Shown: piece after piece, positions 54,211 to 64,000 of the stretch | How positions within the stretch are numbered: the stretch's first letter is position 1 | How the letters are laid out: every line of letters begins with the position of its first letter | Source of the DNA: Podarcis cretensis | Taxonomy: Eukaryota | Reading direction: 5' to 3' | NCBI GenBank assembly: GCA_951804945.1 | Contig: OX638152.1 | Span: 51,584,001-51,648,000 of the forward strand | Length of the DNA stretch: 64,000 nucleotides | The notes under the pieces: generated by a model | Told to the model about the DNA's origin: nothing | Database searches by the model: none | The model's input: only the letters and a program-made list of their open reading frames with translations | Translations under genes and position numbers: made by a program

Positions 54211-55415
54211 GGGGGGGTGATTTATTTATTTTTTAAAGAGAGAATTTCTTCACCCACACTTGTTAAACACAGTGGCAGGGAAGTCAGTTTGCTGGTCAAC
54301 TTGACCACCTAGTATTTGACTACTGACAAATATCCACAAAGGCACTGATACTTGAGGAATTGGCCAACTGCCTGCTTAGCACAACTTAGCCTGTACATAC
54401 TGACTTCAGGATTTTTAACATGCATCTCCACACCTCTGGAGTATGTTTGTAACCTGCTTTACGAGAGAATACTGCTATATATGTAGATATAGGAGAGATG
54501 CATAATGAATGATTCCTGCATCTTCCTTTCATACTTCAACTGCAAAGTCCAAAAGAGAAACTCATTCATATTTCCCCACAATGGAACGTGTGTACTAACA
54601 TCAGTGCCCAAACCATATGAGTCCAAACCATCTGTAGGAGAAAAAAACGTATAATTTAGCTAACAGAACAGAAAAATAGTTTTGAGTCTAAAACAGCACT
54701 GAAGGTGAAACATGACTTCTATAATATGATAGGAGCGTAATGCAATATTGTTGAAGCAGAAAAACACGCATCATAAAAAGTAAACACCACTTCTCAGAAG
54801 CATAATCCTGTTCATTTTTCTAAACTTATTTAGAAAGAAGGCTGTAGGTGAGGCAGGAATTTGCTTATTTAGTATTTGATTTTCTATTTTTCATGCTCTT
54901 AATGCAACATTTTGCCAGACTTGATCTCTGATTAGTCATCCTCCCAGAGAAGGTGGAGAGGAACAGCTTTGAAATTGTATTATTTTTTCTTTTTTACACT
55001 TTCGCTGCTCAGGCTGATGGTTCATGCAGCCACTTTATAATCACCCACTTAAATCCTATAACATACTCAAGCCTGGCTGCTTTTCAGTTGATCTGCCCTT
55101 GCTCGTATTTGTAAACATTCAGGGGCAATTTCAAGTATTCTGTTAAACCAAATGTTACATTGCATAGATGAGTCACCACCACCACCACCAGCAAATACTG
55201 TCAAAATATATCTTTCCCCTTGGAGTTAATGCTTTACTTGAATAAGCTGCTAGGCTGTCTGAATAAGTGAGGATAACTTGTTCCACTTGCAAAATGAGTC
55301 CTGCAGGAGGAAAAAGGACAACCAAGGCACAACTGTGACCCAAACACAGCACATGACCTGATAAGCTAAATCCATTAGAATCAATATAATAACTATTCCT
55401 ATTAACAGTACCATA

Positions 55416-55776
55416 GGGACGCGGGTGGTGCTGTGGGTAAAACCTCAGTGCCTAGGCCTTGCCGATTGCATGGTCGGCGGTTTGAATCCCTGCGGCGGGG
55501 TGCGCTCCAGTCGTTCGGTCCCAGCGCCTGCCAACCTAGCAGTTCGAAAGCACCTCCGGGTGCAAGTAGATAAATAGGGACCGCTTACCAGCGGGAAGGT
55601 AAACGGCGTTCCGTGTGCTGCGCTGGCTCGCCAGATGCAGCTTGTCACGCTGGCCACGTGACCCGGAAGTGTCTGCAGACAGCGCTGGCTCCCGGCCTAT
55701 AGAGTGAGATGAGCGCACAACCCTAGAGTCTGTCAAGACTAGCCCGAAAGGGCAGGGGTACCTTTACCTTTACCTT
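55416..55776 (+). mobile_element. Sauria SINE
   Basis: GGGACGCGGGTGG head, (ACCTTT)3 tail; 16-bp TSD TATTAA(C/T)AGTACCATA at 55400-55415 and 55777-55792. Confidence 0.95.
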
Positions 55777-56456
55777 TATTAATAGTACCATAAGTACAAC
55801 ACAGGCTGGCAGTGGCAGAGGTGCACACCATTTGAAAACTGAAGGCTGCTAAGATACATAGGCCTGATACATGCATGCAATCTCATCATGACTGATATGA
55901 ACGGACGGCTTGGACACAGAAATGTGCTATTGGTGACTGTGATATCACAGGCAGAACTTCTATAGCATCTCAAACACAATGCTTTTTGATGGGAGTTCAC
56001 TCACCCATTCAGCTTCTTGTAGGGAACTGAAATCCATGCAGTGCTCTGATCTGAGGCTTAGCAATGTTGAACATTTTTATATTTGTAACTGAGAGTATCA
56101 ATTTGTAAATCATGAGTGTAATTATTAACTTTTAAAAAAATATAAATTCAATATCTAAAGTCTTTCCTCTGGTTTCCTCTACTTAGCTCTGTCTTTCTTA
56201 CAGCATGTTGAGGTGACTGCTCAAAGTATGGATAGCGGAAGGAGCATTTGTGCAAACCCCTCCCCATAAGCCACCACACATATCACACACTCCTCAGTCC
56301 CTGACAGAAGCACCATCTTCTCAAGTTGATTGAGGGGGCCTGCTGCAACATCCTGATGCCACAAGCACAATGTTCAGATGTCATGCACACGGCATCCTGA
56401 TGTTGTGCACATGACATGTGTGGCTTTATGACATTGCAATGTTGTAAGGAGCCAGG

Positions 56457-56584
56457 CCCCTTCATGGATCACTGCCTTGCCGTGGCGAAGGGGCTTGAAG
56501 AACTCAGAGAAGCTATGAACTATGCCGAGCAGGGCACCCAAGATGAACAGGTCATAGTGGAGAGTTTTGACCAAACGTGATCCA
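56457..56584 (+). ncRNA. Candidate HDV-like self-cleaving ribozyme at the BovB 5' end
   Basis: Hand-folded P1 7/7 bp, P2 8/8 bp, P3 GCC/GGC, L3 UUGCCGU, P1.1 G-C, P4 and J4/2 CCAAA, in the HDV order; begins at the first base after the TSD. Confidence 0.65.
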
Positions 56585-56635
56585 CCTGGAGGAGGAATCG
56601 GCAAGCCACTCCAGTATCCCTGCCAAGAAAACTCC

Positions 56636-59600
56636 ATGGACAAAGACAACAGGCATATAAAAGTTATGACGCTGGAAGATGAGCCCCTCAGGTCGGAAGG
56701 CGTCCAACATGCTACTGGGGAAGAGCGGAGGGCAAGTACAAGTAGATCCAGAGCTGATGAAGCGGCTGGGCCAAAGCCGAAAGGACGCTCAGTTGCGGAT
56801 ATGCCTGGAAGCGAAAGGAAAGTCCAATGCTGTAAAGAAAAATATTGCATAGGAACCTGGAATGTAAGAACCATGAACATGGGTAAGTTGGAGGTGGTCA
56901 AAAATGAGATGGCAAGAATAAATATTGACATCCTGGGCATCAGTGAACTAAAATGGACGGGAATGGGTGAATTCAGTTCGGATGACCATCATATCTACTA
57001 CTGTGGGCAAGAAACCCGTAAAAGAAATGGAGTGGCCCTCATAGTCAACAAAAGAGTGGCAAAAGCTGTACTGGGTTGCAATCTCAAAAATGATAGAATG
57101 ATATCGATACGAATCCAAGGCAGACCTTTTAACATCACAGTAATCCAAGTTTATGCACCAACTACTGGTGCTGAAGAAACTGAAATTGACCAATTCTATG
57201 AAGACTTACAACACCTTATAGAAGTGACACCAAAGAAGGATGTTCTTCTCATTATAGGGGATTGGAATGCTAAAGTAGGGAGTCAAGAGATAAAAGGAAC
57301 AACTGGCAAGTTTGGCCTTGGAGATCAAAACGAAGCAGGGCAAAGGCTAATAGAGTTCTGTCAAGAGAACAAGCTGGTCATCACAAACACGCTTTTCCAA
57401 CAACACAAGAGACGACTCTACACATGGACATCACCAGATGGGCAGCATAGAAATCAGATTGATTATATTCTCTGCAGCCAAAGATGGAGAAGCTCTATAC
57501 AGTCAGCAAAAACAAGACCTGGAGCTGACTGTGGCTCAGATCATCAGCTTCTTATAGCAAAATTCAAGCTTAAACTGAAGAAAGTAGGAAAAACCACTGG
57601 GCCGGTAAGATACAATCTAAGTCAAATCCCCTATGAATACACAATGGAAGTGAGGAACAGGTTTAAGGATTTAGATTTGGTGGACAGAGTGCCTGAAGAA
57701 CTATGGATGGAGGCTCGTAACATTATACAGGAGGCAGCAACGAAAACCATCCCAATGAAAAGGAAATGCAAGAAAGCAAAGTGGCTATCCAATGAGGCCT
57801 TACAAATAGCGGGGGAGAGAAGGCAAGCAAAATGCAAGGGAGATCGTGAAACATACAGGAAATTGAATGCAGATTTCCAAAGAATAGCAAGGAGAGACAA
57901 GAAGACCTTCTTAAACAAGCAATGCAAAGAAATAGAGGAAAGCAATAGAATGGGAAGAACCAGAGATCTGTTCAAGAAAATTGGAGATATGAAAGGAACA
58001 TTTCGCACAAAGATTTCCATAATAAAGGACAAAAGTGGAAAGGACCTAACAGAAGCAGAAGACATCAAGAAGAGGTGGCAAGAATACACAGAGGAATTAT
58101 ACCAGAAAGAAACGGATGTCTCATATACCCCAGGTAGTGTGGTTGCTGACCTTGAGCCAGACATCCTGGAGAGTGAAGTCAAATGGGCCTTAGAAAGCAC
58201 TGCAAATAACAAGGCCAGTGGAAGTGATGGTATTCCAGCTGAACTATTTAAAATTTTAAAAGATGATGCTGTTAAGGTGCTACACTCAATATGCCAGCAA
58301 GTTTGGAAAACTCAGCAGTGGCCAGAAGATTGGAGAAGATCAGTCTACATCCCAATCCCAAAGAAGGGCAGTGCCAAAGAATGCTCCAACTATCGCACAA
58401 TTGCACTAATTTCTCACGCTAGCAAGGTTATGCTTAAAATTCTACAAGGAAGGCTCAAGCAGTATGTGGACCGAGAACTCCCAGAAGTGCAAGCTGGATT
58501 TAGAAGAGGCAGAGGAACCAGAGACCAAATTGCAAACATGCGCTGGATTATGGAGAAAGCTAGAGAGTTCCAGAAAGACATTTACTTCTGCTTCATTGAC
58601 TATGCAAAAGCCTTTGACTGTGTCGACCATGGCAAACTATGGCAAGTTCTTAAAGAAATGGGAGTGCCTGATCACCTCATCTGTCTCCTGAGAAATCTCT
58701 ATGTGGGACAAGAAGCTACAGTTAGAACTGGATATGGAACAACTGACTGGTTCAAAATTGGGAAAGGAGTACGACAAGGCTGCATTTTGTCTCCCTGCTT
58801 ATTTAACTTATATGCAGAATTCATCATGCGAAAGGCTGGGCTGGATGAATCCCTAGCCGGAATTAAGATTGCCGGAAGAAATATCAACAACCTCAGATAT
58901 GCAGATGACACAACCTTGATGGCAGAAAGTGAGGAGGAATTAAAGAACCTTTTATTGAGGGTGAAAGAGGAGAGTGCAAAATATGGTCTGAAGCTCAACA
59001 TCAAAAAAACGAAGATCATGGCTACTGGTCCCATCACCTCCTGGCAAATAGAAGGGGAAGAAATGGAGGCAGTGAGAGATTTTACTTTCTTGGGCTCCAT
59101 GATCACTGCAGATGGTGACAGCAGCCACGAAATTAAAAGACGCCTGCTTCTTGGGAGAAGGGCAATGACAGGCCTAGACAACATCTTGAGAAGTAGAGAC
59201 ATAACCTTGCCAACAAAGGTCTGTATAGTTAAAGCTATGGTTTTCCCAGTAGTGATGTATGGAAGTGAGAGCTGGACCATAAAGAAGGCTGATCGCCGAA
59301 GAATTGATGCTTTTGAATTATGGTGCTGGAGGAGACTCTTGAGAGTCCCATGGACTGCAAGAAGATCAAACCTCTCCATTCTGAAGGAAATCAGCCCTGA
59401 GTGCTCACTGGAAGGACAGATTGTGAAGCTGAGGCTCCAATACTTTGGCCACCTCATGAGAAGAGAAGACTCCCTGGAGAAGACCCTGATGTTGGGAAAG
59501 ATGGAGGGCACAAGGAGAAGGGGGCGACAGAGGATGAGATGGTTGGATAGTGTTTTCGAGGTTACCAGCATGAGTCTGACCAAGCTGCGGGGGGCAGTGG

Positions 59601-59668
59601 AGGACAGGAGTGCCTGGCGTTCTCTGGTCCATGGGGTCACGAAGAGTCGGACACGACTAAACGACTAA
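56636..59668 (+). CDS. BovB APE endonuclease / reverse transcriptase
   Basis: GTWNVRT, GDWNA, GSDH, FIDYAKAFD, GVRQGCILSP and YADD motifs; no stops; first ATG at 56636 (frame open from 56558). Confidence 0.95.
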   Translation: MDKDNRHIKVMTLEDEPLRSEGVQHATGEERRASTSRSRADEAAGPKPKGRSVADMPGSERKVQCCKEKYCIGTWNVRTMNMGKLEVVKNEMARINIDILGISELKWTGMGEFSSDDHHIYYCGQETRKRNGVALIVNKRVAKAVLGCNLKNDRMISIRIQGRPFNITVIQVYAPTTGAEETEIDQFYEDLQHLIEVTPKKDVLLIIGDWNAKVGSQEIKGTTGKFGLGDQNEAGQRLIEFCQENKLVITNTLFQQHKRRLYTWTSPDGQHRNQIDYILCSQRWRSSIQSAKTRPGADCGSDHQLLIAKFKLKLKKVGKTTGPVRYNLSQIPYEYTMEVRNRFKDLDLVDRVPEELWMEARNIIQEAATKTIPMKRKCKKAKWLSNEALQIAGERRQAKCKGDRETYRKLNADFQRIARRDKKTFLNKQCKEIEESNRMGRTRDLFKKIGDMKGTFRTKISIIKDKSGKDLTEAEDIKKRWQEYTEELYQKETDVSYTPGSVVADLEPDILESEVKWALESTANNKASGSDGIPAELFKILKDDAVKVLHSICQQVWKTQQWPEDWRRSVYIPIPKKGSAKECSNYRTIALISHASKVMLKILQGRLKQYVDRELPEVQAGFRRGRGTRDQIANMRWIMEKAREFQKDIYFCFIDYAKAFDCVDHGKLWQVLKEMGVPDHLICLLRNLYVGQEATVRTGYGTTDWFKIGKGVRQGCILSPCLFNLYAEFIMRKAGLDESLAGIKIAGRNINNLRYADDTTLMAESEEELKNLLLRVKEESAKYGLKLNIKKTKIMATGPITSWQIEGEEMEAVRDFTFLGSMITADGDSSHEIKRRLLLGRRAMTGLDNILRSRDITLPTKVCIVKAMVFPVVMYGSESWTIKKADRRRIDAFELWCWRRLLRVPWTARRSNLSILKEISPECSLEGQIVKLRLQYFGHLMRREDSLEKTLMLGKMEGTRRRGRQRMRWLDSVFEVTSMSLTKLRGAVEDRSAWRSLVHGVTKSRTRLND

Positions 59669-61621
59669 ACAACAACAACAACAAAGGAGCCAGGGGTGGA
59701 GCCAAACACCCTCTGAACATTGAGGGGGGCAAGCCTCCTCAAAAATAACCTGGGGGGCCGCGAAACTGCCTTGACTCCCAGGAGCTGGAATGTATGGTTG
59801 CTGACCATCCTGAAGTTAATGAAGAAAAGTCTACAGGAGCCTTTGATATGCATTTGCTTGAACATGAGGAGACCTCAACATGATCAGGGACCCTGATGTA
59901 GCAGGTTACTTATGTTCAAGCAAATGATACAGAGATGATGTGATAATAAAATGACAGAACTATCAGCTATACAACTATACAAATATTATCAGGGTTGCCA
60001 CACACAATATCAACCATCTTACTACCTAGTCCCATAACCATCTCCTTTTCTTCTTGCTTGAGCTTGGATAGGATATTTGGCTCTTTCACAAGTGTTGGAA
60101 ATCTATTAAATGTAATTTGCTTAAAATCAGTGACAATGGCCTGATCTTGGAAGGCTAGTGAGAATGGCAGCAGAATAATTAACTGCTAATTTCATTAAAT
60201 TTTAAAATGGGGAAAAATCTGTGCTTAACAGAACTGCACAAATATACAGTTAAGTTTTATCTCTTGGTGAAGAAACCCCATTTGTACTAAATTACTCCAT
60301 GATTTATATTTTCCATTTCACCAGGTCATGAAAGATTCAGCAGATAGCTGAATAAATTGTTTAAATATGCAAATCTTTGGGGCATTTAGTAATATTTCTC
60401 CAAGGATTTCATTCCAGTGCTTCTTGCCTCATCGCTCAAAAGAACATGAATCAGAAGAGGAAGTATATTGCATTTTAATTTACTACATGTTTATTTTAGC
60501 AGCAGTTAGTGCATATAGTGCATTCTCATTTTCTCGGGAGATTCTCAGGAACATGCAACACTTTGGGAATAAAGAAGGAAACTGAGATCATTCAGTCATG
60601 AGCTGGCAGGGACAGAATATAATATGAAGATGGTACATTAATATTGTTATTTGTGGCTTGATTTACTAAGTGCCTGGGAAGCTACCAATTCCACTTAAGT
60701 CAATGGGAGCTGCAAGTGTTTGGTACTCCAGAAAAACAAATCGTTATTGTATGTAGTATTATACAGTAAAACCTATTAAACCCTCATAAAGTTGCAATTA
60801 ATGAGCTGCAGCACATGCATGTTATAAGTGCTGAGCACCTCTCTCTTAGCATTTCTATATAATAAGGTACCCCTTAAATAACATGCAGAAGATCTTGAGA
60901 TGCTAATGAAATACACCTGTCAATGCAATTTTAAGTTAGAACTCAAATGCGGTTTATTTCACTGCTGAAATTTGGCAACACAAATAATCAAAACCACACT
61001 TTGTGTCACAATGTGAAAGACAGGCAACGCATGCCAACCATGTGTTTAACTAGGGACACACAGGACTAAATGCAATTAAAGTTTACTCTGAGCCAACCCA
61101 CTGCAACTAATGCACCTAAGTTAGTCATATCCATTCATTTTAATGCGTCTGCTATGTGTACGATTAGAATTGTATGCAACCTACAGTCTATGCTTACTTT
61201 GCAATTCTACAGCCCTGCTCACTTTGCTTGCCAACCCCACCCACCTCTCCTTTTACCCCTCACCAGCCTCATTCCCCCTCCCTCTTCACACCTCACCAAC
61301 CCCCATTTTATACTTTACTAACCCCCCTCTGCACCTTACAATAATCCGTGACTGTTGGCCATGCTAGCTAAGGATGATAGGAGTGTCACAGCATCTGGAA
61401 AGCACAAAGTTGAGGAAAGCTGCTTTATTCAATTTGCACTTGTGAAACGCCCCCTCCTCAGAAATGTATTACAAATTTCATCTAGAAAAGTGCACTTCTC
61501 TTAAGGAAGAGGGAATACACTGTATTGTTACACACTACCCCAATCTCCAAGCGGTGTAAGATTCCAGGAGTTTCAGATGATTACTTAGGGTCCGTGTTTC
61601 CTTTTAGGAATGAGGCATAGC

Positions 61622-61982
61622 AGTGGATGTATACCTGAAGGAGCATCTCCACCCCTATTGTTCTGCCTGGACACTGAGGTCCAGCGTCGAGGGCCTTCTG
61701 ACGGTTCCCTCACTGAGAGAAGTGAGGTTACTGGGAACCAGTCAGAGGGCCTTTTTGGTAGTGGCACCCATCCTGTGGAACACCCTCCCATCAGATGTTA
61801 AAGAAATAAACAACTATATGACATTTAGAAGACATCTGAAGGCAGCCCTATTTAGGGAAGTTTTTAATGACTGATGTTTTAATGTATTTTTAATCTTTTG
61901 TTGGAAGCCACCCAGAGTGGCTGTGGAAACCCAGCCAGATGGGCAGGGTAGAAATAATAAAAAATTATTATTATTATTATTA
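61622..61982 (+). mobile_element. L2 3' fragment with (TTA)n tail
   Basis: VYLKEHLHP...FRRHLKAALFREVFN matches the C-terminus of the long L2. Confidence 0.9.
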
Positions 61983-63316
61983 ATGGTTTATTTACACATA
62001 TATACAACCTGAGCCTACGACAGAGGGGTTCACAGCATTAACACCAAAAGAGGGTCTTTTTTCTCACATAACTGCTGCTTCGGATTCCAACAGAAATCAC
62101 ATATTGCTCTAACTATCCCTCCAGCTTGCTGCTTTTACCTGGAGCTCACATCACCCTCAACTCTAGCCGTGTCCTTGTAACTATTCATGTGTTGGGGGAG
62201 GGGCCCCATCCAGGCCCCACCCTTTTGCCACCTTGACATACGGTCTGCTTCCCCCCACCAACCTCATAACATTATGTTGGAAGTGCCACTTGTAATGCTA
62301 CAAACCAACAGTGTGTTTGATTGTCCTCGGAGCTCAAAGAGCATTAGTTGATTAAAACCACAAATGCACTTTCCAATTCTTAAATCTTCTTAGAAGAAAA
62401 ATAGTATATTATGCTTGAAGCCCATCAATAACCATAACTCAAAGCCCTATCGTTACAAGAGATTTCTGTTCGATTAAGGAGAAAACAGCTTTAGGATTGC
62501 CTTATGTGAATGCAAAAACATTTCCTTGTTCATTAAATAGGACAACAATGCCCTATAGCTATGAAGCTCCAAATATGTGTCCAATATGCTACAATGTCGG
62601 CTGAAAACAAAAGGAAATACTATCAATCTATATTTTCCTCTTACAGGTCAATAGTATGTATGTTCCACTGTGTACAGTGGTGTTTACATTTAGGTAAATG
62701 TGTACAGGATTGCAGTGTTTCAGCAGAATCAAGCACATGTCTACTCAGAAATATGTTGCACTGAATTCAATAGGGTTTACACCCAAATAAACAGGTATAG
62801 AGTTCTATATCCACTTGTCTTTGAGAAAGCCCTATTGAACTAAGCTGGATTTTCTTCTGAGTAGGCATGTTTAGGATTTCATTGCTAATCTTTTGCCTTC
62901 ATATGCTTAACAACATAAAATGTTTACAATTCCAAATGATGGTTAAATATTTCTATACAGCTTCTGCAATGTGCTCTTCCTTGGAGTGGGGAATGGAATC
63001 TGATGACTCCTTTACTTTTATATAAAAAAACCAATTTGTGCCTCCTTAAATCCTCTTACCTGAAAAATCAGCACAACACCTTCCTGGTTTCTTTTTTAAA
63101 GGAAACAAGCTTAGTTTAAAAAGCACTTCAGTAGCCCAGTTCTCTGTAAGTGCTTCTTCCTTCTGGACTCTGTGTTTTCACATTTCAAGAGAAAGAATAT
63201 AAAGTGTGAACTCATATTAAGTAACATCACAAACACCTAGGGGGAATATAATTGATTCTGACCAGACCCAAATTGGCTTAGCTTCAGTAAAATGGTGGCC
63301 TCATGTGCCTTGCAAC

Positions 63317-63496
63317 CAGTGGCGTAGCGTGGGTTATCAGCACCCGGGGCAAGGCAAGTAATTTGCGCCCCTTAACCCATGGATTTGCGCCCCCGAACCC
63401 GTGGATTTGCGCCCCCTAACCCGTGGATTTCCCTAACCCCCAGATGTTGCGCCTGGTGCGGCCGGCCCCCCCTGCACCCCCCACGCTACGCCACTG
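63317..63496. mobile_element. Young hAT MITE (same family as 34849, opposite orientation)
   Basis: Perfect TIR CAGTGGCGTAGCGTGGG; 8-bp TSD CTTGCAAC (63309-63316, 63497-63504); internal 22-bp tandem units. Confidence 0.95.
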
Positions 63497-63724
63497 CTTG
63501 CAACACAAGGGAGTAGGGAAAGTAAATCCCTTTTCCCATCAGAGCAATGCTTAATGATAATAACTCTTACTTAACACTGAAGAAAAGAAATGGGAAAGAG
63601 AGCCTTCAAATTACTTGCAGTACAATCCCAGGCAAGTTCATTAAAACTAAGTCCTGCTTAGTTCAGTGTGCCACTTTTTATTAAAAGCATCTTAAATATA
63701 CACACTTACTGCCAGGTAAGTCAT

Positions 63725-64000
63725 AAAGGTAAAGGTAAAGGTACCCCTGCCCGTACGGGCCAGTCTTGACAGACTCTGGGGTTGTGCGCCCATCTCACTT
63801 AAGAGGCCAGGGGCCAGCGCTGTCCGGAGACACTTCCGGGTCACGTGGCCAGCGTGACATCGCTGCTCTGGCGAGCCAGAGTCGCACACGGAAACGCCGT
63901 TTACCTTCCCACCAGTAAGTGGTCCCTATTTATCTACTTGCACCCGGAGGTGCTTTCGAACTGCTAGGTTGGCAGGCGCTGGGACCGAGCAGCGGGAGCG
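63725..64000 (-). mobile_element. Sauria SINE, cut by the window end
   Basis: (AAAGGT)3 tail; body closely matches 16045-16310. Confidence 0.93.

Larger units (their letters stand above)
56457..59683 (+). mobile_element. Full-length RTE-BovB LINE (3227 bp)
   Basis: 11-bp TSD AAGGAGCCAGG (56446-56456, 59684-59694); 3' end GGGGTCACGAAGAGTCGGACACGACT plus (AAC)n; single intact ORF. Confidence 0.97.

Noticed and set aside
55416-55500. tRNA gene-like A/B boxes
   Set aside because: These are SINE heads, continuous with a SINE body, tail and TSD, and do not form a full cloverleaf.
56754-56790. CTGATGA...GAAA hammerhead-like core inside BovB
   Set aside because: Three extra nucleotides precede the only possible stem II, no stems I/III with an NUH site are apparent, and it lies in coding sequence.
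58699-59640. 313-aa antisense ORF (also 56374-56940 and 57631-58212) in BovB
   Set aside because: Shadow ORFs opposite the RT frame; no recognisable domain or independent evidence.
63360-63430. CRISPR-like short repeat array
   Set aside because: Contiguous tandem units without unique spacers, inside a eukaryotic MITE; no cas genes.

Overview
Repeat-rich non-coding eukaryotic DNA from a squamate reptile, probably a lacertid lizard (inferred from Sauria SINE, BovB, CR1, L2 and MITE content). I recognise no host protein-coding exon, RNA gene or CRISPR array; every long ORF is retrotransposon-derived. Contents: a full-length, ORF-intact RTE-BovB LINE with an 11-bp TSD (56457-59683); a near full-length L2 LINE broken only by a +1 G in a homopolymer (~47500-51166); a 5'-truncated CR1; L1-like 3' fragments; three Sauria SINEs; other tRNA/CORE SINEs; a non-autonomous RTE-derived element; solo LTRs; many Tc1/mariner (TA TSD) and hAT (8-bp TSD) MITEs. 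The standout observation is that the first 128 nt of the BovB element, starting at the first base after the TSD, can be hand-folded into a complete HDV/CPEB3-like nested double pseudoknot (P1, P2, P3, L3, P1.1, P4, J4/2 cytosine). It has an unusual C1-G first pair and a G-C-swapped P1.1, and is followed by a second pseudoknot just upstream of the first AUG. This is a candidate self-cleaving ribozyme plus translation-initiation module. It is a structural prediction and has not been tested.
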